Shown piece after piece: positions 19,786 to 28,612 of a stretch of DNA of 64,000 bases (position 1 is the stretch's first letter; every line of letters begins with the position of its first letter). A program made the translations under genes and the position numbers. The notes under the pieces are model-generated. The model was not told where the DNA came from. It worked only from the letters and a program-made list of their open reading frames with translations, and did no database searches. The stretch lies in assembly GCA_004322215.1 (NCBI GenBank), contig SCSM01000011.1, positions 450,697-514,696 of the forward strand, read 5' to 3'. This stretch comes from Bacteroidota bacterium. Its GTDB lineage: Bacteria > Bacteroidota > Ignavibacteria > Kapaibacteriales > UBA2268.

Positions 19786-20481
19786 TCAACCCCTACTCTT
19801 TTGTTTAATTCTTTCAATAGTTTTTTCATTTGTTAACTCTTTCAGTGCATCTTTTGCAATCCAACATGCTGATTTTGAATCCGGATATTTAACTAAAATA
19901 CTTTTGCATGTATTAATTGCTTTTTTATTAAGTTTCAAATTCCTTTTACCTATTTGTCTCAAAGCCCAATTGACTGATTTTTTCACAAAATTCCTTTCAT
20001 CGGTGGATGCTTCAATGATAAATGGAAATAATAAAACAAATTCATTATCATTGGCTTTTTTATGATGAAATGCAAGACAAGCCATCAAAGCAAAACCTGC
20101 CCTCTTCTCAAATTCTTCTTTTCTTTCACTCCATTCTTTAGCTTTCTTAAATGCAAAATCGGTTTTGTCGAGAAGATTCATCATCAATTGGTCGCAAACA
20201 TCCCATGAATCCAGGCCTTTAAGCCATGATTCAGCTTGTTTAATTGTCACTTCATTTGGAATATCAATAAGAGATGCAAGAATTCTTGCTTCATGAATTC
20301 CGCTTTCCCATATCGCTAAAGCAAGTTCGTGGTTTTTGCCAATAACCTTTGCTAATTTCCTGAGTGTCGTTACTGAAATACCAAGTGTCCCGTTTGGATT
20401 AATCCCAAAACGAGCCATTCCCTCAACATTATTCTTATTTCTTAATGATTTTAACTTCTTAATTATTTCCTGATAATTCAT
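19786..20481 (-). CDS. DNA alkylation repair protein (AlkD family)
   Basis: GMARFGI, HEARILA, DSWDVCD, DERNFVKKSVNWALRQIGKR. Confidence 0.9.
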   Translation of the reverse strand: MNYQEIIKKLKSLRNKNNVEGMARFGINPNGTLGISVTTLRKLAKVIGKNHELALAIWESGIHEARILASLIDIPNEVTIKQAESWLKGLDSWDVCDQLMMNLLDKTDFAFKKAKEWSERKEEFEKRAGFALMACLAFHHKKANDNEFVLLFPFIIEASTDERNFVKKSVNWALRQIGKRNLKLNKKAINTCKSILVKYPDSKSACWIAKDALKELTNEKTIERIKQKSRG

Positions 20482-20522
20482 AATTTTGAAAAATGTTGTG
20501 AAAAATTTTTCTAATTTACTTA

Positions 20523-20549
20523 TGAAACTTTTTAAAACGAAAATTCGTA
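20523..20549 (+). promoter_or_regulatory. Candidate ECF sigma promoter TGAAAC-N17-CGTA
   Basis: TGAAAC at 20523 and CGTA at 20546, upstream of the PDZ-PP2C gene; similar motifs at 56013 and 30281. Confidence 0.5.
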
Positions 20550-20580
20550 TTGGAAAATTAAATTAGATAATTGGTGGATT

Positions 20581-23448
20581 ATGCCGAGTATTGATAAAAA
20601 TCCAAACTTTTTCCGTCTATTGATTATTTCGATAGCCACTTATCTTGTCATTGTCTCTTCGATAAGTTTTATTCGCTCAGTTTCATCAACAACCGATGAA
20701 AATCAATGGATAACACTACCCTCGAATTTATATATTACAAAAGAATTAAATAATTTCTCAATTGATTCAAACAGTGTTGAAAAGTTTAAAGTTAATTTAT
20801 CAAAAATTAAACCCGGATTCCTTTTAAGGGATATTAACAACATTGTCGTTAAAGATACCATCCAATTACAAAAAGTTTTGAATTCCATAAAGGAATCAGA
20901 AATTAATACACTGGGTATAATAACAAATTCACTTCCAGTAAAATATTTTAAGATAAAAATAAAAAAAAGTAAAATACCCGGTGATTTTATATATGAAATG
21001 CCATCGAGTGTGTTGATTGTTAATGTATTTAAAGGTGGTGGTTCCGAACGCGCCGGTTTGAAAGCAGGTGATTTCATAATTTCAATAAACGGAATTAAAT
21101 TTAAAGATGGTTACGAAGCCGATAAATATTTGAGAGTTAATAGCAGTGAAGATATACTTCATTATAAAATTATCAGGAATGGAGAAATTCATGACTATGA
21201 TGTAGAACTCGCAAAAATCGGTGTTACATTTTATTTCCTCCTTATATTTTTCGTCAGTTTTGTCTTCTATGGATTCGGTTTGTTCATCGGTATCCGAAAA
21301 CCTGGAATTCAAGCAGCCAGATTAATTAGTTTATCATTTGTTCTTACAGGATTTTTGATTTATAACGGAATTGAAGGTCGTTATTTTCTTGATTTTGATA
21401 TTTTAACAATTCTCCAGTTTCTTACACTTTCTGCTTGCTCGGCAATTGGTTTGCCATTAATTATAAAACATCTTCTTTATTTCCCGAAAGAACATACTGA
21501 ATTGATTAGGAAACAATGGATTTGGATTGTTCCTTTTATATTGGGAAGTATTTATTTCGTTTCTTCAAATGTGTTCTATATATTCTTCCTGGATGTATAT
21601 AACATGACAGGATATTCCCAATTTTTCTTATTCTATTCCATTTCTGTAATTATTTACGGAATTGTCATCAGTATAATATATAGAAAATACTCTACTCCTG
21701 AAAATAAAAAAACAAGCAGGCTGGTTCGCTATGCATTTTATTTCATGTTGTTATGTTTCATAAATGCTGCTTTTTATGAAAGAATTTATTTTTTAATTTC
21801 TGAAAATCAATATATCAGAATGGCTCCTTTTCCCGAAATCGTGCCAATCTCATTATTATTGCTTGTACTCGCATATATTTATACAATCGGAAAATATTCG
21901 CTTCTCGATCTAACGATTAAAGTTCCTAAGAATATTCAATATATAATTATTTCTTCGCTATGGAAATTAACTTTCGTATGTATTATATTTCTTGTCATTT
22001 GGCTGCTGTCGAACTGGAAATTTAATTTTCCTAATATCAAACTTTCCGGTACATCAATTACTGTTTTGAATTCTCCTATCAGTCCCGATTTACAGGAAGT
22101 TTACAGTAAAATGTTAATCATATTCATATCTTTGTTCGGTGTTTTTATCTTTTGGTTATTGAATAAAGGTATTAGAAATGTTCTGGATAAAAAATTTCAT
22201 CAGATTAGATTTGATTATAGAAGGGCAGCAACTGAATTTTCAGAAATAATAAGCAAAACAACAATATCGGAGCTTTCAGCAAGTATTGCTAAAGAATTAA
22301 AGGATTTGTTCCATCTGAAAAGAATCGGTATAATTTTATTTAAAAACGAAGAAAAAGTCATAGCACAGGATTACATAGGATTTGATTATAAGCAATTCAG
22401 TGAACTATGCAAAGAATCCGGAAAAAAATTATCTGATACAATCAAGGAATTTAGCGGTGAATTTAGAATCGAATATTTGTATGAACCGATTAAAACTATT
22501 TTTCACGAATATAAATTCACATATATTGTTCCGATTAAAACAAAAGATAAAGTTGAAGGTGCTGTTCTGCTCGGAGAAAAATTATCTGAGAAATCATTCA
22601 CACGTGAAGACTTCAATTTCTTATCAGCCATATTAATGCAGGCATCAATTGCTATCGAGAATACATTTTTAGTTGAGGATTGCACACTCCAGGAAAGATT
22701 AAAACACGAACTCGAAATTGCCAGAAGAATTCAAATCGCTTCACTACCGCAGCGTGTCCCGGATATAAACGGTCTGGATATAGCCGGCATCTCGAAACCC
22801 GCACTTGAAGTCGGTGGTGATTTCTACGATTACCTCAACGGAACAAGAAATGAAATTACTGTCATTGTAGGTGATGTAAGCGGTAAAGGTACTTCGGCTG
22901 CTCTTTATATGTCAAAAATTCAGGGAATTCTGAGAACTTTGAATGAATTCATGCTAACACCTAAGGAATTATTTGTAAGAGCTAATCAACTATTATACAA
23001 ATACCTTGAAAAAAACACATTTGTTACTGTAATTGCTGCTAAGTTCGACTCTACCGTTAGAAAAGTAAACATAGCAAGAGCAGGTCATCTGCCTATCTAT
23101 TATTATAGTTCAAATGATAACAAAGTTTCAAAAATAATTCCCAAAGGAATATTACTCGGCAAAAGCACTAATGAAATTTTCAATGGTCATATTGAGGAAA
23201 TATTGATGGACTATCAACCGGGGGATGTATTTCTTTTTATTTCGGATGGTGTTATCGAAGCTCGTAATAACAGGTTCGATGATTTCGATGAACATCGCCT
23301 CGTTGATACTTTCAGAAAAAATATTGAATTCTGTTCAGAAAAAATCATGGATAACATTGTACAAACGGTATCTGAATTTATTTCGGAAGTCGAACCGTAC
23401 GATGACCTCACTGTTGTTGTTGTCAAAGCAAATTCTGATATGAATTGA
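20581..23448 (+). CDS. Membrane PP2C/SpoIIE (RsbU-like) phosphatase with extracytoplasmic PDZ domain(s), multi-TM region and GAF domain
   Basis: PDZ signature GGGSERAGLKAGDFIISING, many TM helices, GAF-like LGEKLSEKSFTREDFNFL, PP2C motifs ELEIARRIQ, EVGGDFYD, GDVSGKG, RAGH, SDGVIEA, DDLTVVVVK. Confidence 0.88.
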   Translation: MPSIDKNPNFFRLLIISIATYLVIVSSISFIRSVSSTTDENQWITLPSNLYITKELNNFSIDSNSVEKFKVNLSKIKPGFLLRDINNIVVKDTIQLQKVLNSIKESEINTLGIITNSLPVKYFKIKIKKSKIPGDFIYEMPSSVLIVNVFKGGGSERAGLKAGDFIISINGIKFKDGYEADKYLRVNSSEDILHYKIIRNGEIHDYDVELAKIGVTFYFLLIFFVSFVFYGFGLFIGIRKPGIQAARLISLSFVLTGFLIYNGIEGRYFLDFDILTILQFLTLSACSAIGLPLIIKHLLYFPKEHTELIRKQWIWIVPFILGSIYFVSSNVFYIFFLDVYNMTGYSQFFLFYSISVIIYGIVISIIYRKYSTPENKKTSRLVRYAFYFMLLCFINAAFYERIYFLISENQYIRMAPFPEIVPISLLLLVLAYIYTIGKYSLLDLTIKVPKNIQYIIISSLWKLTFVCIIFLVIWLLSNWKFNFPNIKLSGTSITVLNSPISPDLQEVYSKMLIIFISLFGVFIFWLLNKGIRNVLDKKFHQIRFDYRRAATEFSEIISKTTISELSASIAKELKDLFHLKRIGIILFKNEEKVIAQDYIGFDYKQFSELCKESGKKLSDTIKEFSGEFRIEYLYEPIKTIFHEYKFTYIVPIKTKDKVEGAVLLGEKLSEKSFTREDFNFLSAILMQASIAIENTFLVEDCTLQERLKHELEIARRIQIASLPQRVPDINGLDIAGISKPALEVGGDFYDYLNGTRNEITVIVGDVSGKGTSAALYMSKIQGILRTLNEFMLTPKELFVRANQLLYKYLEKNTFVTVIAAKFDSTVRKVNIARAGHLPIYYYSSNDNKVSKIIPKGILLGKSTNEIFNGHIEEILMDYQPGDVFLFISDGVIEARNNRFDDFDEHRLVDTFRKNIEFCSEKIMDNIVQTVSEFISEVEPYDDLTVVVVKANSDMN

Positions 23449-23518
23449 ATTATACATGTTTTTTATTAATTTGTTATTTCATTGAAGAGTATTTATTAAT
23501 CAAATATAGAAGGTATAT

Positions 23519-24397
23519 ATGAAATTCATTACACTTTTTATTGCAGGGCTCCTTTTTTTAAACATCATTACATTTTCCCATGATAAATCAGAGTTTTGGG
23601 ATGAGTATTTCGAACCGGATTCATTGGCTGCTTTGTCAAACGAATATCCAACCATTGAATTGGATTATGGTATGGGAATACCAAGATTTAAAAATGATTA
23701 TATTGATAAAAATTTTACAGATATAAGTGTGGCGGAATTAAAACTCGGTTTCACAAAGAAAAGAGTTGACCTGTACAATCAATTCGCTATGAGTTATAAA
23801 TTTACTTATTTCCTTATTGGAACGATAACCTCAGATTGGACATCCGAAGATAAAATCGGTGATAATTTAAATTCCAACGTTTGGAGATTGGGATTGGGTA
23901 TGAGCAGGGGCTATGGATATAATATCTCAGAAGGTACATACTTTGTTTTATTCAATTCAGGAAATATCTTTTGGAGCAAAGTTGAATTTAAAGATAAAGA
24001 TGCAGCAACATCAATAACAAAAGACATATTAAAAACCTACGATAATGGAAATTTCAGATTTTGCCAATCTTATGAATCAGGATTCAAATTTCAAATGTTT
24101 TACCCTTTGTCAATAGGTGCATCTTATGAAAAAATTATTGTCTATCCGAGATTAATGACCTGGTATTGGCTCGGAAGCCAGATACTCACTGGAATTGGTC
24201 AGAGTACCATTGAATACTTCACTCATAAAGTTGCAAAAGCTTCACCCGGTGCAGGTTCTATTGTTCATTTCATTTTAATAAATGCTTATAATTATGGAGC
24301 TTACGAACTAAGAAAAAAATATATGAATTGGCCCTATCAAACTGCTTCACCATTAATGTATGATAACTGGAAAGTCGGATTAACTTTCGCATTTTAA
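23519..24397 (+). CDS. Uncharacterised outer-membrane protein (paralog of 32293..33186)
   Basis: Signal peptide, aromatic-rich strands, C-terminal VGLTFAF; shared motifs GYGY, NSG.I.W.KV, P(R)...WLGS, YE.R...MNWP...P..YDN. Confidence 0.6.
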   Translation: MKFITLFIAGLLFLNIITFSHDKSEFWDEYFEPDSLAALSNEYPTIELDYGMGIPRFKNDYIDKNFTDISVAELKLGFTKKRVDLYNQFAMSYKFTYFLIGTITSDWTSEDKIGDNLNSNVWRLGLGMSRGYGYNISEGTYFVLFNSGNIFWSKVEFKDKDAATSITKDILKTYDNGNFRFCQSYESGFKFQMFYPLSIGASYEKIIVYPRLMTWYWLGSQILTGIGQSTIEYFTHKVAKASPGAGSIVHFILINAYNYGAYELRKKYMNWPYQTASPLMYDNWKVGLTFAF

Positions 24398-24415
24398 TAT
24401 CAGTAAAACTTTTTA

Positions 24416-24453
24416 AAAGTCATCCAAGCAAAGTCGAAGGATGACTTTTTTTA
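24416..24453 (+). terminator. Intrinsic terminator
   Basis: AAAAGTCATCC-N13-GGATGACTTTT followed by further Ts, directly after the 23519..24397 stop. Confidence 0.7.
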
Positions 24454-24562
24454 TATTTTGAAATAACAATACTTATATATTCCTATAAAGCAATAATAAT
24501 TTAACTTCTTATTCGTAATTTTGTATGATTCTTTTTATACATTGTGAATAAATGGAGAATAA

Positions 24563-25510
24563 ATGACGGAACATCATAGTATTATAATTATTGGTTCAGG
24601 ACCGGCAGGGTTTACCGCAGCATTGTATGCAAGCAGAGCAAATATGGATAATGTTGTATTTGAAGGTAATCAACCCGGTGGACAATTGACGATAACAACA
24701 GAAGTTGAAAATTATCCTGGTTTCCCGGAAGGTATTATGGGACCGGAAATGATGGAAGTTTTCAGAAAACAGGCACATCGTTTCGGAGCTAAATCAATAT
24801 TTGAAACAATTACAAAAGTGGATTTTTCTCAGCGTCCGTTTCAGATTTGGTCTGACAGGAATAAGCACTACACAGCAGATGCAGTAATCATTTCTACTGG
24901 TGCGACTGCCCGAAGGCTTTATGCTAAGGGAGAAGACAAATTCTGGGGATTTGGTATTTCAGCTTGTGCAACCTGTGACGGTTTCTTTTATAAAAATCAG
25001 AAAGTATATGTAATAGGTGGAGGAGATACTGCTTTCGAAGAAGCAAACTATCTTACACGATTTGCATCATCTGTTACTATTATTCATCGTCGCCAGGAAT
25101 TCCGTGCCTCTAAAATTATGATTGACAGAGCAAAGAATAATCCTAAAATTGATTTTCTTCTCGATTCTGTCATTGATGAATATACAGGCGAAGAAAAAAA
25201 CGGGATGAAACGACTCACCGGTATTAATGTGAAAAATGTAAAATCCGGTGAAATTTCCTCACTTCCTGCTGATGGTGTATTCATCGCAATAGGTCATACA
25301 CCCAATACGGAAATTTTCAAAGGGATTTTGGATATGGATGAAAACGGTTATCTGCTAACAAAAGGCAAATCAACCTATACAAATATAGAAGGTATTTTTG
25401 CTTGCGGTGATGTTCAAGACCATATTTACCGACAGGCGGTTACAGCCGCAGGTACAGGATGTGCCGCAGCAATTGATGCAGAAAGATGGCTATCTGAACA
25501 AAATAAATAA
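24563..25510 (+). CDS. trxB: Thioredoxin-disulfide reductase
   Basis: GSGPAG, GGQL, SACATCDG redox motif, GGGDTA, HRR, GDVQD.YRQAVTAAG; TAATTTTG at 24516. Confidence 0.98.
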   Translation: MTEHHSIIIIGSGPAGFTAALYASRANMDNVVFEGNQPGGQLTITTEVENYPGFPEGIMGPEMMEVFRKQAHRFGAKSIFETITKVDFSQRPFQIWSDRNKHYTADAVIISTGATARRLYAKGEDKFWGFGISACATCDGFFYKNQKVYVIGGGDTAFEEANYLTRFASSVTIIHRRQEFRASKIMIDRAKNNPKIDFLLDSVIDEYTGEEKNGMKRLTGINVKNVKSGEISSLPADGVFIAIGHTPNTEIFKGILDMDENGYLLTKGKSTYTNIEGIFACGDVQDHIYRQAVTAAGTGCAAAIDAERWLSEQNK

Positions 25511-25523
25511 CTCTTTTCTAATT

Positions 25524-25548
25524 GGGGCAATTCGTGAATTGCCCCTAC
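25524..25548 (-). repeat. GTAG-type REP palindrome
   Basis: Minus strand GTAG-GGGCAATTC-AC-GAATTGCCCC: GTAG tetranucleotide plus a perfect stem, just after the trxB stop. Confidence 0.7.
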
Positions 25549-25738
25549 ATTTTTAAATTAAAATCACCCAATTTTTTACTAATTTCTTATAAATTAAACG
25601 AACATAATTAATCTATTTTTTATCTAATATTACCATTAAGAAATTAAATGGATTTAATTTAATAAGTAATAACAATTTGATAATTATAAAGTTACTCAAA
25701 TAATTGGCAGTTAAGCACTGTTTTATAATTTGAATATT

Positions 25739-25785
25739 ATCACGAAATTTTCGTGACGAAAAGTTCGTGACGAAATTATCGTGAT
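25739..25785. repeat. Three tandem 14-bp semi-palindromic units (candidate operator array)
   Basis: ATC-ACGAAATTTTCGTG-ACGAAAAGTTCGTG-ACGAAATTATCGTG-AT within an otherwise very AT-rich spacer. Confidence 0.75.
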
Positions 25786-25871
25786 TTTTTTGTTTTTATT
25801 AACTTTGAAACAAATTCTTATAAAAAGGATTATTTATATATAATATTTTTGCTTGTTATTTCGGAGGTCGT

Positions 25872-26681
25872 ATGAAATACTTCTTTACATTTGTTAGTAA
25901 AAGAAATTTTTTCACTTTGATTGTTATTTTTCTTGCTCTTTCACTTTTTGATTACCTTAATGCTGAAATTAAATACAAGAAAATTGACACCACTATCTCG
26001 GCACCGTTATTAAATCAAAGCCAGATGTACTATCTCGATATGAATGACGACGGTACGGCAGAATACTTCTTCAACCACGGTAATCAAATGGGAAACTTAG
26101 TTTGTGAAATTTATTCCAGTCCCCCATCCTATACAAATGAAATACTCGTTGAGAATAATATACCTTCTATGCTTGACTTTGGAGAAAGTATTTATGAAAA
26201 CTCTGTTGAATGGCTCAATACATATAACGGTATGAGTACAATCGCTCTTTATTTCCAGGGCAATTGGCCTGGTGCTACAGACAAGTATGTCGCCATTAGA
26301 TTCAAAATCAACAATGCTTACCATTATGGCTGGATTGGTATGGAAATTCCATCAGATTCGACATATATAAGAATTAAGGATTGTGCTTATGAAGATAATC
26401 CTAATGGATTAATAAGTGCAGGTGTTAAGGAAACAGGTATAAATGATGAGGAATCTAATTATTATAAATTTGTTTATACCGGGAATAAACTTTTTATTAA
26501 TTCACCAACAAATAATAATAATATTGTTATTGTTTATAACATCAATGGGAACCTATTATTATCTGACAAGGTAAATAAACTGGAACAGTACATTGATTTT
26601 GAAAATTTCAAAAATGGAATTTATATTGTTATCTTAAAAAATGATAACAAAATAATAGATTGTACAGTAATTATTAGATAA
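25872..26681 (+). CDS. Secreted protein with T9SS type A C-terminal sorting domain
   Basis: Signal peptide, DMNDDGTAEY Ca-binding-like motif, YVAIRF...HYGWI, CTD VYNINGNLL...GIYIV; GGAGG SD. Confidence 0.75.
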   Translation: MKYFFTFVSKRNFFTLIVIFLALSLFDYLNAEIKYKKIDTTISAPLLNQSQMYYLDMNDDGTAEYFFNHGNQMGNLVCEIYSSPPSYTNEILVENNIPSMLDFGESIYENSVEWLNTYNGMSTIALYFQGNWPGATDKYVAIRFKINNAYHYGWIGMEIPSDSTYIRIKDCAYEDNPNGLISAGVKETGINDEESNYYKFVYTGNKLFINSPTNNNNIVIVYNINGNLLLSDKVNKLEQYIDFENFKNGIYIVILKNDNKIIDCTVIIR

Positions 26682-26690
26682 ATATTACGA

Positions 26691-28580
26691 TTACTCCACT
26701 GCAAAGTCTGATTTAAATTTTTCTTTCAGATGTTTTGCTGTGTCTTCTGCATCCTTTTGGGTAGCATAACCCCAGAGCTTGATTTTATAAACAGGTATAT
26801 TATTTTCAATATACCTCTCGTAATATACCTGGTATTTTTTACCTTCCCATTGCTCCACTTTAGCAAGAGCATCATTTTCAGTATTCGATTCACCGGCAAT
26901 AATTTCATAAGGAAGAATCGAAGGGTCAAGCCACCTAACAGTAACACGCCTGTTATTCTGCTGCTGCCATTGTGTTGACTGAAGATAATAAATCGGCTTG
27001 GCATTTCCTTCGCCGCGAATTCGAATTTGCGACGGGGCTGCCCCCATACCGATTAATTTCCTTCTTGCTTCCTGTGCACGCTTCAAAGAAAGGTCTAAAT
27101 TATATTCATTTGTGCCTTCTGTACTGCTATGTCCCACAAGCTGTATAACAGAATTTGGATTGTCCTTCAGTACCTTTGCAAGTGATTTGAATATAACATC
27201 AAAATCAGTTTGAATCACAGTATCGCGATAACCGAAATATGCTAATGCCTGGTATTGCGAAAATTGCATTTCCGGTTTTAATATAATATTCGCTCTATCG
27301 GTTAATTTGGTTTTTCCTCTTTGATAAGTTAAAACCGACTTTATCATATTCTGCTCGAGCTGGCTCGAATAAACCGGCATCAATAATTCGTAATATCCCT
27401 TTTGTGAAAATGAAATCTCAAGTAATATATTTTCTATTTTGGAGATTTCATCATTGATAACCTGGTAATACCTGCCGCCTGTCAGTGAGCACAAATACTT
27501 CAGTGAATAGCTCTCCATCGCACTACCTACCCCGATTATATATACAGGTATATCCAAATCGTGAGCAAGCTTCCCGACATCATTCGATGAATAAATTATT
27601 GAAGAATTATCTGAACCGTATGTCAAAATAACAAGTAACTTATTTCTCTTAGAGCCGGATGCAAAAGGACTAACCGATGTATATGCGCATTTATATATCG
27701 AATTCAAACCTTGCGGTTGACCTAATGTTACTTTTTCAAATTCCTTGCTTGCATCGGTTGGATTTGTCAATGGAAATACTTCTGTTTTCGTCTGATTGAA
27801 ATATGAAAAAGATATTTTATCCGTTTTAGTCAGGTATGGTAAAAATGACCTGATTGCATCTATTACTTTGTCATTTCTCGTTGCCGCCGATGAATTATCA
27901 AGCAAAATATTTATGTCAATTCCTTCCGATGTGGAATAATCCTTTTCATTAAATGTAGTAACATCATAATTACTTGTTATAAGGTCTGATTGTAATGCCG
28001 CCGACCAATTAATTTCTCCCGGAAGCGATGATAATCCTGACATATAATTACCGAACCTGTCAAGTACCAAAGCACGTACAAGGAATTGGTCTTTAGTGTA
28101 AGGATATACTGTTCTCATAATTTTGATTTGATACGGACTCATTGTAGTGTCGGCTTTAATCACTCCTGCAAGATAATCGCTTTCGAGATAAGCAGGACTT
28201 AAACCGATGAAGTCCATTGTCGGGCCTCTGCCGTACTGTGGTTTCACTTTTTTCTTTGCTATGTCAATAACTGCATTTACTGCAAGAGAATCATCCCCCT
28301 TATAGGCAATAACCTGTACAATCTTAGTGCCTGTCGGCTTAATTTTATAGCTGTCATTTGGACTAAAGTTGTAGTTCAATCCCTTAATCTGCACCCTGTC
28401 TGCATTGGCAAATTCCCACTGCACATCAGCCGATTCTCCTTCCTCGACCTGGATATATCCTGTGAAGGATTTCACCTCAATCGGCTTTGTGGCACATGAT
28501 TGAAAGAACAATCCCAGCCATACTAATATTGCTGCAAACAAAAATGATACAGCTAACCGTTTATGCTTTTTACTCAGCAT
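26691..28580 (-). CDS. Lipoprotein with VWA, OmpA_C-like and SPOR-like domains
   Basis: Lipobox FFQSC; VWA (ILLDNSS, PVYIIGVG, LCSLTGGRYY); OmpA (VGHS...NLDLSLKRA...NRRV); C-terminal SPOR-like YKIKLWGY...AE. Confidence 0.8.
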   Translation of the reverse strand: MLSKKHKRLAVSFLFAAILVWLGLFFQSCATKPIEVKSFTGYIQVEEGESADVQWEFANADRVQIKGLNYNFSPNDSYKIKPTGTKIVQVIAYKGDDSLAVNAVIDIAKKKVKPQYGRGPTMDFIGLSPAYLESDYLAGVIKADTTMSPYQIKIMRTVYPYTKDQFLVRALVLDRFGNYMSGLSSLPGEINWSAALQSDLITSNYDVTTFNEKDYSTSEGIDINILLDNSSAATRNDKVIDAIRSFLPYLTKTDKISFSYFNQTKTEVFPLTNPTDASKEFEKVTLGQPQGLNSIYKCAYTSVSPFASGSKRNKLLVILTYGSDNSSIIYSSNDVGKLAHDLDIPVYIIGVGSAMESYSLKYLCSLTGGRYYQVINDEISKIENILLEISFSQKGYYELLMPVYSSQLEQNMIKSVLTYQRGKTKLTDRANIILKPEMQFSQYQALAYFGYRDTVIQTDFDVIFKSLAKVLKDNPNSVIQLVGHSSTEGTNEYNLDLSLKRAQEARRKLIGMGAAPSQIRIRGEGNAKPIYYLQSTQWQQQNNRRVTVRWLDPSILPYEIIAGESNTENDALAKVEQWEGKKYQVYYERYIENNIPVYKIKLWGYATQKDAEDTAKHLKEKFKSDFAVE

Positions 28581-28612
28581 ATCAAACCTGAATATTTATT
28601 TCAGAAATATAA

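Noticed and set aside
25739..25785. Tandem array as a CRISPR or a LexA (Cheo) box
   Set aside because: Units are 14 bp with no spacers and no cas genes; the spacing CGAA-N3-TTCG does not fit CGAAC-N4-GTTCG.
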